From Anaerolineae bacterium (lineage in GTDB: Bacteria; Chloroflexota; Anaerolineae; JACIWP01): a stretch of 47,867 nucleotides of DNA. The position numbers and the translations under genes were made by a program. This document shows positions 35,659-43,814 of the stretch, piece by piece. Below the pieces are notes generated by a model. That model saw only the letters and a program-made list of their open reading frames with translations. It was not told the origin of the DNA and made no database searches. Position 1 is the first letter of the stretch, and each line of letters begins with the position of its first letter. The stretch lies in contig JAPWUQ010000002.1 of the NCBI GenBank assembly GCA_028275445.1, forward strand, positions 1 through 47,867. Reading direction: 5' to 3'.

Positions 35659-37377
35659 TCACTGTCCCGCGGCCGGCGCCCACGCTGTCAGCTCCCAACG
35701 CTCTCGGTAGGCGTTATGGAGGAGATAGCGCTCGCGCAGTACTTCCCCGACGCCGGCGCAGAACGTCACCCACTGCACCTCCCCCGTCCCACTGCCGGCC
35801 AGTTGGTAACAGCCGGAGAAGCGGCCGGCCGGCGTCTCGGCGACACCGCTGGAGCGCACCTCCCATGTCATCCGGTCGGGGCCGGCCTGTCCCCAGCGGT
35901 CCCCGACCTGCATGGGCCAGATGAAACGCAGGGACTGGGCCTGCAGTTCGTCCGATGCCAGCAGGGCCTCGCCGGCGTACCCCGCCGGCACGCTCATCAG
36001 CCGGCCGTCCATGAGCACCAGTTCAGAGGGGCTGTCCAGCAGGGGGAGGGCCATTCCTTGAGCGCCTTCCCTCTGCAGTGCGACGAATTGGGCACCCTTT
36101 TGTTCCGTGACGGACGTCACCGTCTCGGTCACCAGCGCCGAGGCCCTCCACCACCAGCCCTCCACCCGCTGAACGGTTTCCACCCGATACACCCACTGCT
36201 TCCCCACCGCGAGGGGATAGGCTTCGGTCAGGGTGGAAAACGTGCGGGCTTCTGGCGAGCCGGCCGATACCGCCGGCATCTCGCTCTGCGTCCACTGCAC
36301 CGGGTTCACCGCCGTGACGTTCACCCGCACCTCCCAGTGCAGATGACTGCCGGTCGAAAGGCCAGTGTTCCCCACCCGGCCGATGAGGTCGCCGGGTTTG
36401 ACGGACTGGCCGGCGCTCACCAGGATTTCGGACAGATGCCAGAAGCCGGAATAGACACCTAGCCCATGGTCAATCACGACCGCTCGGCCCCGCACGGTCA
36501 GCGGCTCCGCCAGGGCAATGCGGCCGGCGGCCGGCGCATACACCGGCGTGCCCTCCGGCGCGCCGAAATCCAGCCCCTCATGATAGCTGGAGGCCGGCCC
36601 GCCGTTATAGGAGCGGCGCTCGCCGAAGGCGGAGGTGACCCGGCGCACGCTCGCCTCCAGCGGATAGCGGAAGGTCCCGGACCACAGCTTCTCCGGCGTC
36701 CGCTGGGAGAAAATGCCGGCCAGGCGCCTCCACTCGGCACGGATCAGTTCGGCGTTCAGGAGGCCGGCCTTCTCGCTGGAAGGCGGGATGACGATGTCAT
36801 ATGTCTCGAAGGTGCCGGCCACCACGTACAGGTTGGCCGACAGCCGGCCGATGGGCTGAGAGTCGCCCTGCTCGGAAGCGGGGTAGGCGCGCAGTTCCAC
36901 GAGGTAGATGCCCGGCTCCTGCATGGCATGCACCGGCAGTAAGGCCCAGGAGCGGAGGCCTTCCTGGACGAAGGGCACTTCGCCCCCCTTATACACGGCC
37001 GTCAAGCGCGCCGGCCGCTCGGTGATGACTTCGCAGGTGACCGTTTCGCCCTGCACCGCCGGCCAGGGGGACAGGCGTACCCGCACAAAGGGCGAGGAAA
37101 GGGGGCCGGCGAGCGGGGAAGCCGGCAGATAGACCAGCAGGCGCTGGCCCACCTCGATCCGATCGGGGTTCGTGATGCCGTTCCAGCGCACCAGGTCTTC
37201 CATACTGACCCCATAGCGCTGGGCGATCAGGGAGAGCGTTTCGCCGGGCTGGACGATGTGCACGGCGCCCTGCGCCGGCGGCCCGGCCAGCGCCTGGCCG
37301 GCGCATGCCGCGCCCAGCACCAGCATCAGCACGATGATAATGATGGCCTGCACAGCACATCTGCGGTGTATATGCAT
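35659..37377 (-). CDS. LysM-domain M23 family metallopeptidase with extra C-terminal domain
   Basis: A signal peptide is followed by one LysM unit (HIVQPGETLSLIAQRYGVSMEDLVRWNGI). The M23 motifs are YHEGLDFGAPEGTPVYA (HxxxD) and GSHLHWEV (HxH). About 215 aa of unassigned sequence follow the M23 core. Confidence 0.88.
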   Translation of the reverse strand: MHIHRRCAVQAIIIIVLMLVLGAACAGQALAGPPAQGAVHIVQPGETLSLIAQRYGVSMEDLVRWNGITNPDRIEVGQRLLVYLPASPLAGPLSSPFVRVRLSPWPAVQGETVTCEVITERPARLTAVYKGGEVPFVQEGLRSWALLPVHAMQEPGIYLVELRAYPASEQGDSQPIGRLSANLYVVAGTFETYDIVIPPSSEKAGLLNAELIRAEWRRLAGIFSQRTPEKLWSGTFRYPLEASVRRVTSAFGERRSYNGGPASSYHEGLDFGAPEGTPVYAPAAGRIALAEPLTVRGRAVVIDHGLGVYSGFWHLSEILVSAGQSVKPGDLIGRVGNTGLSTGSHLHWEVRVNVTAVNPVQWTQSEMPAVSAGSPEARTFSTLTEAYPLAVGKQWVYRVETVQRVEGWWWRASALVTETVTSVTEQKGAQFVALQREGAQGMALPLLDSPSELVLMDGRLMSVPAGYAGEALLASDELQAQSLRFIWPMQVGDRWGQAGPDRMTWEVRSSGVAETPAGRFSGCYQLAGSGTGEVQWVTFCAGVGEVLRERYLLHNAYRERWELTAWAPAAGQ

Positions 37378-37412
37378 GCATCCCCCTGGGGTTCAGACGC
37401 CCGGGCCGGCTG

Positions 37413-38321
37413 TCATGTTCCATCGGCCGATGCATCGAGCGCGCGCAGTATCGCCGGCGTCACGTCGGTGATGGCGCGGGCCTGGCGGAACAGCTCTGCC
37501 GCCGGCCCCACCACCAGCAGGAGCACGGGGTTCTCCGTGTGCAGTTTGGTCTCCATGTCCTCGAAGTTGCCGTGGTCACTGCACAGCACCAGGCTGTCCG
37601 CCGGCCGCATGGATTCGACCACCCCCTGCAGAAAGGCGTCCAGGGCGTAGACCAGCCAGCGCGGCGTATGGGGCAGGCGCCGGTGGCCGATCATATCGGG
37701 GAGAAAGCTCTCGTACAGCACCAGGTCGTATTCCCGGCCCAGCGTGGCCAGATTGCGGCCGGCCTCCGCCGGCCGGCGGTACGCGCCGCGGATGCCGAAA
37801 TAGCGCGGGAAAATGGAGTGGGTGAAGTCCCAATAGACCGCCTGGCCGCGCGCCAGGTCGCGAAAGTCACGGAACGGCAGGCCGGCGGCCAGGTTGGTCA
37901 GGGTTGTGGCGCTGTGCCGGCGCTTCCCTTCCTCCACCAACTGCCAGTACACGTCGGTGTAGGCGTTGGCGAAGGTGGCGCGCCGGCCGGCGGCGGCCGC
38001 CCGTTTGAGGATGCTGTGCTCGGCGATGATTTCCTGGAGCCGGCCGTTCGGATAGCCCGTGACGTGGGTGCCCAGCAGGGCCGGCGCGTTCACGCCGGTG
38101 AACAGCGCCGTTTGGCCGGTGGCGCTCTGGGGCACGCCTGGCACTCCGAGGCAGGCGTCCACGCCGCGCGCCAGCAGGTCGGGCCGCTCTACAAAGAGGG
38201 CCTGGGTCAGCCGCTGGCCCAGCAGACCCTCCAGGAAGGGCGCAGGATAGCGCCAGAAGGGATTGCTGTCATCCGGCCGGCCCAGGCCGAACCCATCCAG
38301 GAAGATGAACAGGACTGCCAA
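37413..38321 (-). CDS. Alkaline-phosphatase-superfamily metalloenzyme (cofactor-independent mutase/phosphatase-like)
   Basis: The N-terminus is MAVLFIFLDGFGLG (metal-binding Asp region). Later motifs are TGY and LCSDHGN. TTG start at 38321 lies 6 nt after the upstream gene's stop. Confidence 0.65.
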   Translation of the reverse strand: MAVLFIFLDGFGLGRPDDSNPFWRYPAPFLEGLLGQRLTQALFVERPDLLARGVDACLGVPGVPQSATGQTALFTGVNAPALLGTHVTGYPNGRLQEIIAEHSILKRAAAAGRRATFANAYTDVYWQLVEEGKRRHSATTLTNLAAGLPFRDFRDLARGQAVYWDFTHSIFPRYFGIRGAYRRPAEAGRNLATLGREYDLVLYESFLPDMIGHRRLPHTPRWLVYALDAFLQGVVESMRPADSLVLCSDHGNFEDMETKLHTENPVLLLVVGPAAELFRQARAITDVTPAILRALDASADGT

Positions 38322-38327
38322 TGCCCT

Positions 38328-38813
38328 TTATCCCAGCTTATACCCGATTTTGCGCAGTAACTGCTTGCGCCAGGCGATATCTTCATCGCCCTCGATGCCT
38401 TTCGTCTTCACGCCGTCAATGACGCCCAGGATGCCGCGCCCCTGCTCTGTCTCGGCGATGACGACCTGCACCGGGTTGGCGGTGGCGCAGAAGATGCGGC
38501 ACACCTCCGGCACCATCTTGACCGCGTTGAGCACGTTGATGGGGTAGACGTTGCGCAGGAAGATGATGAAGCTGTGGCCGGCGGAGAGCGCCAGCGCATT
38601 CTTCTTGGCCAGCTCGATCATCTCGGCGTCCGTGCCGCTGTAGCGCACCAGCGCCGGCCCGGAGGATTCGCAGAACGCCAGGCCGAACTGGATGCCCGGC
38701 ACGGCGGTCACCAGCGCCTCATGCAGGTCCTCCACCGTCTTGATGAAATGCGACTGGCCCAGGATGAAGTTGATCTCATCGGGCTTCTCGATGGTCACCA
38801 GCTTCAGCTCCAT
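38328..38813 (-). CDS. Adenosine-specific kinase family protein (PF04008-like)
   Basis: The 161-aa protein MELKLVTIEKPDEINFILGQSHFIKTVEDLHEAL...VRYSG.D...LA..NA..L.AGH.F.I...N..PINVLN..K.V.EV..I.CATANP matches my recollection of this conserved small family. GAAAGGAGG lies upstream of ATG 38813. Confidence 0.7.
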   Translation of the reverse strand: MELKLVTIEKPDEINFILGQSHFIKTVEDLHEALVTAVPGIQFGLAFCESSGPALVRYSGTDAEMIELAKKNALALSAGHSFIIFLRNVYPINVLNAVKMVPEVCRIFCATANPVQVVIAETEQGRGILGVIDGVKTKGIEGDEDIAWRKQLLRKIGYKLG

Positions 38814-38869
38814 GTCCGACGCCTCCTTTCATGGGACTGATGGATTGCTCTGGGGATGCTGTCCTGCGC

Positions 38870-38898
38870 ATTGTACCACAGGCCGGCCGGCGCGACAA
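38870..38898 (-). promoter_or_regulatory. Candidate promoter for the adenosine-kinase-like/AP-superfamily/M23 gene string
   Basis: The minus strand reads TTGTCG (38898-38893), a 17-nt spacer, then TACAAT (38875-38870). Confidence 0.35.
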
Positions 38899-38971
38899 GC
38901 GTCCCTGGAGAGGGGCGGATTCGGACTGCTGGCCGGCGAACCGCTGTGCGGACGTTCGGCGGCGTGGACAT

Positions 38972-39000
38972 TTGTCAAAAGGTGGGGCATATGCTAGAAT
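38972..39000 (+). promoter_or_regulatory. Sigma-70-type promoter (extended -10) upstream of the GH gene; long leader
   Basis: TTGTCA (38972-38977), a 17-nt spacer, then TGC-TAGAAT (-10 at 38995-39000). This predicts a leader of about 300 nt before ATG 39307/39310. Confidence 0.5.
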
Positions 39001-39306
39001 ACCGCCCGTGAGTGGAAGGAGCCATCGCTTTCATGCCAACTTGGGAGGTTGGGCGTACATTGTGAACATACCAGGGCATCACTCTCCCGGCGGGCTGGTC
39101 CCTGCCGGGTCTCTGGATGGCCTTTCACGCCATTTCCACACCTTTCAATCCCCTTTCCGGCCGGCATTCCCATCCCCCTTCGATTGCGCCTGCGCATGGC
39201 ACGGGACGCCCCATGCCCATTTGCCATTGCGCCCGCCGGCGCAGTCGTTTGCCGCGTGCCGGCGCGCGGTGAACCACTTCGAAGAGGATGAACGCATCAG
39301 GAGGTC

Positions 39307-42273
39307 ATGATGGATGGCACGCAATCCCGCGGTATTGGGAGCACGTTAGAGCAGCTCTTGGAGAGCAAATGGACCGGTTGGATCATCAACCTGGTGGTCA
39401 TCCCGGCCTTGCTGGCGGCAAGCTTACTGCTTCCGCCGATTTCCTTACGCGAGCGATTGTTTGAGGCCGGCTTTGCCCCCATCGCGATGGGCGGCGGCTC
39501 GGTGGTGGACCCGGACGGCACGCAGGTGACCCTGCCGGCAGAAGGACTGCAGGCGCCCGTCCGCGTCCGGCTCACATCTATCCCACGCCTGGAGTTCCTG
39601 GAGGGTTCCGCCGGCCGCGCCCTGCGCAAGGCCGCAGAAAGCATTCCCGAATATCTCGTCATGCGCAGTCCGCTCTATCAGGTTGCCCTGCGGGGGAGCA
39701 TGCCCTCTCAGGCCATCCTGACCATTCCCATTCCCAATGATTCGGAGCCTTATTCCACCCTGGACATCTATGCCTGGCAGGATGACGCCTGGACCTGGCT
39801 CCCACACAACATCATCGCTGAGGATGATGTCATCGAGTCGCACGTGGGCTGGCTGCCGGGAGCCTTTGCCGTCTTTCAGACGGATGCGCGCGCCCCATCG
39901 GTGGGCATTGACCTGGAGGGGGAGGTAGCCCTGCCGGCCAATATGCTGAGTTCCGCCAGCGAGGTCTTCCCCCAGGGCCTCTACATGGCCGATGATGGGA
40001 GCATTGTGGGCGACCTGCCGGCCTCGGTGGAGGCGGCGCGCCAGGCCGGCCTGCGCATCATCCCCACCGTGCGCAACTGGGGGCCGGACGGCGTGGTGCG
40101 CAGTGACCTGACCGACAACATGCTCATCTCCGAGCAGGCGCGCCAGGCCCATGTGCAGGCGCTGGTGAGCCTGGCGGTCAATCATGACTTCGCCGGCGTC
40201 GAGGTGTACTACCGCGGGGTCAGCCCGGACCTGCGGGCCGAGTTCCGCAACTTTATCCAGGCGCTGTCCGACGGCCTGCACACCAACGGCAAACTGCTGT
40301 CGGTGCGCGTGGACCCGCCGGTGCAGATCGCCGAGGATCGCTGGGATACCGGCGCGTATGACTGGGTAGCGCTGGGCATGGCCGCGGATATCTTCCGCGT
40401 GGAAGGCCTTCCGAACCCGGACGCCTGGCGCGCCGGCGGCCAGATGGAACAGTTCCTGAGCTGGGCGGTGGGCCAGGTGGATCGCTTCAAACTGCAACCC
40501 GTCCTGTCTGCCTACAGCGTGGAGCAGGTGGGGAACACGTACACGGCCATCCCGTACTCCCAAGCGTTGGCGGCCTTCACCCAGGTGGAGGTGAGCGGCT
40601 CCAACGTCATCAATCCTGGCCAGCATGTGGCCTTCGCGCTGAAGGCGGCGCGGGAATCCGGCGGGGTGAAGTTCGACGAAGCGCTGGGCACGTATGTGTT
40701 CAGCTACACGGACTCCGCCGGCCGCCGGCATACCGTTTATCTGGAGAACGCCGCCAGCCTGGCCCATAAGACCAGCCTGCTGGCCGGCTATAACCTGCGC
40801 GGCGTGGCGGTGGAGCATCTGGCCGGCGAGCAGAACGACGAGCTGATCTGGCCGGTGCTCCAACAGTACGCCGCCGCGCCGGGTGCCAAACCAGGCGCCA
40901 ACCCGCTGACCGCTACCTGGACGGTGCGCAAGTCCAGCGGCGAACCGCTGGTCTCCGAATCCCGCCCCCTGGATCAGCCGGTCTATGACTGGGTGGCGCC
41001 GCAGGAGCCGGGCGAATATGTGGTGGAGGTGGCTATCGCCGGCGGTGATGGCAAGACGCTGGTGGCCGGCACCCCCATCGCCATGGTCGTGGCATCGCCC
41101 ACTCCTACTCCGACCATGACCCCGACGCCGACGGCCACGCCCACGCCGGCGCCGACCGCAACTCCCAAACCGAAGGCGACGGCCACGCCGAAACCGCAGG
41201 CCTCCGCCGGCGAGAGCGCCAGCCCGGCGCCGGCGCCGCGCAACACCAGCTTCGGCTACGGCATCCAGGCGCACTGGTACTATACCGACCATGCCCAGCT
41301 CGTGAACCATATCAAGGCGCTGGGGTTCAACTGGACCAAACAGCAGGTCGAGTGGAAGGCCGTCGAATCGGGCGGCAAGGGGCAGTACAATTGGGGCGAG
41401 CTGGATCGGATCGTGGAAAGCTGTCATGCCAACGGCATCAACCTTCTGCTGAGCGTGGTGAAGGCGCCGGCCTGGGCGCGTCCGCCCGGAGCGGACCTGA
41501 GGGTGGAAGGCCCGCCGGCCAACCCGCAGGATTTCGCCGACTTCCTCAGCGCCATGGCCGCCCGCTATAAGGGCAAGGTGCAGGCCTATGAGATCTGGAA
41601 CGAGCAGAACCTGCACTATGAATGGGGCAATCAGCCCATCAACGCGGCGCAGTATATGGAACTGCTGAAGGCCGCCTACCGCGCCATCAAGGCGGTGGAC
41701 CCCAATGCCATCGTGGTCAGCGGCGCCCTTACCCCCACAGGTGTGAACGACGGCCGTACCGCCATTGATGACGTGGTGTACCTGGAGCAGATGTATCAGA
41801 ATGGGCTGAAGAACTACTCCGATGCCATCGGCGCCCATCCGTCGGGCTATAACAATCCGCCCGATGCCAAGTTCGGCTATAATGACCCGGCCGAGCCGGC
41901 CTTCAAGAACCACCCCAGCTTCTTCTTCCGGGAGACCATGGAGCGCTACCGCAACGTCATGGTCAAGTACGGCGACAGCAACAAGAAGATCTGGGCGACG
42001 GAATTCGGCTGGGCATCTATCGAGAACCTGGCACCTTCGCCGGCGCCCGGCTACGAGTATGCCGCCAACGTCACCGAGGCGGAACAGGCGGAATATATCC
42101 GCCGCGCCTATGAGATGGGCCGCAATTGGGGCTGGGTCGGCGTGATGTTCCTCTGGAACCTGAACTATGCCCCGGTCGCCGGCCCGCAGGACGAAAAGGC
42201 GGCCTTTAGCATCGTGCGGTCCGACTGGAGCCAGCGGCCGGCCTTCGTCGCCCTGGCCAACATGCCCAAATAA
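39307..42273 (+). CDS. Membrane-anchored multidomain glycoside-hydrolase-like protein: degenerate GH18-like module + Pro/Thr linker + clan GH-A (GH5-like) (beta/alpha)8 domain
   Basis: AGGAGG (39299-39304) precedes ATGATG, and the second ATG (39310) has the better spacing. An N-terminal TM anchor is present (WIINLVVIPALLAASLLL). The mid region follows a YdhD/GH18-like pattern (FAGVEVYYRGV...FIQALSDGLHTNGKLLSVRV...GAYDWVALG), but the DxxDxDxE motif is replaced. The PT-rich linker is PTPTPTMTPTPTATPTPAPTATPKPK. The C-terminal domain has YEIWNEQN (acid/base NE) and IWATEFGW (nucleophile E). Confidence 0.85.
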   Translation: MMDGTQSRGIGSTLEQLLESKWTGWIINLVVIPALLAASLLLPPISLRERLFEAGFAPIAMGGGSVVDPDGTQVTLPAEGLQAPVRVRLTSIPRLEFLEGSAGRALRKAAESIPEYLVMRSPLYQVALRGSMPSQAILTIPIPNDSEPYSTLDIYAWQDDAWTWLPHNIIAEDDVIESHVGWLPGAFAVFQTDARAPSVGIDLEGEVALPANMLSSASEVFPQGLYMADDGSIVGDLPASVEAARQAGLRIIPTVRNWGPDGVVRSDLTDNMLISEQARQAHVQALVSLAVNHDFAGVEVYYRGVSPDLRAEFRNFIQALSDGLHTNGKLLSVRVDPPVQIAEDRWDTGAYDWVALGMAADIFRVEGLPNPDAWRAGGQMEQFLSWAVGQVDRFKLQPVLSAYSVEQVGNTYTAIPYSQALAAFTQVEVSGSNVINPGQHVAFALKAARESGGVKFDEALGTYVFSYTDSAGRRHTVYLENAASLAHKTSLLAGYNLRGVAVEHLAGEQNDELIWPVLQQYAAAPGAKPGANPLTATWTVRKSSGEPLVSESRPLDQPVYDWVAPQEPGEYVVEVAIAGGDGKTLVAGTPIAMVVASPTPTPTMTPTPTATPTPAPTATPKPKATATPKPQASAGESASPAPAPRNTSFGYGIQAHWYYTDHAQLVNHIKALGFNWTKQQVEWKAVESGGKGQYNWGELDRIVESCHANGINLLLSVVKAPAWARPPGADLRVEGPPANPQDFADFLSAMAARYKGKVQAYEIWNEQNLHYEWGNQPINAAQYMELLKAAYRAIKAVDPNAIVVSGALTPTGVNDGRTAIDDVVYLEQMYQNGLKNYSDAIGAHPSGYNNPPDAKFGYNDPAEPAFKNHPSFFFRETMERYRNVMVKYGDSNKKIWATEFGWASIENLAPSPAPGYEYAANVTEAEQAEYIRRAYEMGRNWGWVGVMFLWNLNYAPVAGPQDEKAAFSIVRSDWSQRPAFVALANMPK

Positions 42274-42293
42274 CACGGTAGCAGTGGAGGGAT

Positions 42294-42345
42294 AGGCGGC
42301 GTCTCTGCGGCCGGCATCCATGGCGGGAGACGCCGCCTTTATGTG
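42294..42345 (+). terminator. Rho-independent terminator after the first GH gene
   Basis: A 12-bp stem forms between aggcggcgtctc (42294-42305) and gagacgccgcct (42327-42338), followed by TTTATGTGTTATT. Confidence 0.65.
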
Positions 42346-42376
42346 TTATTCGTGTAGGTGAATGAAGGAGGCATTG

Positions 42377-43783
42377 ATGCCAGCATTCCAGAAGAACATA
42401 TCCCGGCACAGTCTGCTGGTCTGGATGGTCGTCTTCGTCATGCTTGCCATTTCTGTGGGAGGGTTGGCCGGCTGTGGGAATCGGAGCACACCCGTCGCCA
42501 CACCGGAGCCGACGGCAACTGCCACGCCCCTGCCTTCGCCCACGCCAACCCCCATCCCTTCGCCGACCGAGACGCCGAAGGTGGTCCTGCCGATCGTGAC
42601 CAATCAGGGGCAGGGCACACCGGAAGCTACCGCTTCTGCGCCGGCCAACACGCCGGCCGCTTCCCCCTCTGCGCCGGCGACCCCGACCTCTTCGGCGCCC
42701 GGCAAAAAGTCGTCCACCGGCGTGCGCTGGCTGAATTCCCCCGAGTACGGCATGCATGTCTTCCTGTGGTGGCGGCCGGAGGTGGCGGACCGCGATCTGC
42801 AGTTGGTGCGCGACGCCGGCTTCCAGTGGGTGAAGCAGACCTTCGCCTGGCGGGACATCGAGGGGGCCGGCAAGGGACAGTTCGACTGGTCGTATACCGA
42901 TCGTATCGTCCAACAGGTGGAGCAGTACGGCCTGAAACTGCTGGCGCGGGTGGATTCTCAGCCGGCATGGGCCGGCGGCGGGTATCCGGAGAACGGCCCA
43001 CCGGACAACCTACAGGATTTCGCCGACTTCCTGACGGCGCTGGCGGCGCGCTATAAGGGGCGCATCCACGCCTATCAGATCTGGAACGAGCCCAACCTGA
43101 ACGTGCCCGGGCGGAGCGAATGGGGCGGCCGGCCGCCCAACCCGGCCGAATATACCGAGATGCTCAAGGTGGCCTACCGCGCGATCAAGGCGGTGGACCC
43201 GAACGCGATCGTGATCTCCGCCGGCCTGGCCCCCACCACGCGCTGGGACGATGTGGCCATGCCCGACCTGGAGTTCATCCGCGGCATGTACGCCGCCGGC
43301 GCCAAGCCGTACTTTGACATGCTGGGCGCGCACGGCGCCGGCTATAAGGCGCCGCCGGAAATGGACCCGGCCGAAGTGGCGCGCAACCCGGTCTACAACA
43401 ACAACGATCCCAGCCCGGAACCCCTGAAGCGCATCTACTGCTTCCGCCATGTGGAGGATATCCGGCAGGTGATGGTGGAGAACGGGGACGCCGACAAGCA
43501 GATCGCCCTGCTGGAATTCGGCTGGACCATTGACCCGCGCCCCGAATCCCCGTATCACTGGCACGCGGTCACCCCCTTCGAGCAGGGGGAGTATCTGGTG
43601 CGGGCGTATCAGTACGCCAAGGCGCACTGGTCCCCTTGGATCGGCATCATGAGCCTGATTTACCTGCAGAACGTGGACTGGACACCGGAGAAAGAGGAGT
43701 ACTGGTGGTCCATTATTGAGCCGGCATATCCCGAGCTGAAACTGCGGCCGGCCTACGTCATGCTGAAGGAGATGCCCAAATAG
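42377..43783 (+). CDS. Lipoprotein clan GH-A (GH5-like) glycoside hydrolase, paralog of the C-terminal domain of the upstream gene
   Basis: AAGGAGG lies 5 nt upstream of ATG 42377. The N-terminus MPAFQKNISRHSLLVWMVVFVMLAISVGGLAGC has a lipobox, and a PT-rich linker follows. It has YQIWNEPN and ALLEFGW motifs. It aligns with the upstream protein throughout, for example LQDFADFLTALAARYKGRIHAYQIWNE vs PQDFADFLSAMAARYKGKVQAYEIWNE. Both proteins end in ...RPA[FY]V.L..MPK. Confidence 0.88.
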   Translation: MPAFQKNISRHSLLVWMVVFVMLAISVGGLAGCGNRSTPVATPEPTATATPLPSPTPTPIPSPTETPKVVLPIVTNQGQGTPEATASAPANTPAASPSAPATPTSSAPGKKSSTGVRWLNSPEYGMHVFLWWRPEVADRDLQLVRDAGFQWVKQTFAWRDIEGAGKGQFDWSYTDRIVQQVEQYGLKLLARVDSQPAWAGGGYPENGPPDNLQDFADFLTALAARYKGRIHAYQIWNEPNLNVPGRSEWGGRPPNPAEYTEMLKVAYRAIKAVDPNAIVISAGLAPTTRWDDVAMPDLEFIRGMYAAGAKPYFDMLGAHGAGYKAPPEMDPAEVARNPVYNNNDPSPEPLKRIYCFRHVEDIRQVMVENGDADKQIALLEFGWTIDPRPESPYHWHAVTPFEQGEYLVRAYQYAKAHWSPWIGIMSLIYLQNVDWTPEKEEYWWSIIEPAYPELKLRPAYVMLKEMPK

Positions 43784-43814
43784 GCCGCCCGCCCTGACAC
43801 AAGGAGGTGTGCGG

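Noticed and set aside
41095-41215. Short-period repeats (acnccn units), here and at 42490-42600, that might look like tandem or CRISPR-like repeats
   Set aside because: They are in frame and encode Pro/Thr/Ala-rich interdomain linkers of the two glycosidases. There is no repeat-spacer architecture.
39445-42321. 958-aa minus-strand ORF antisense to the GH18-like/GH-A gene
   Set aside because: It is an Arg/Gly/His-rich shadow ORF. The + frame has an RBS, a TM anchor, a PT linker and glycosidase catalytic motifs, and it has a paralog next door.
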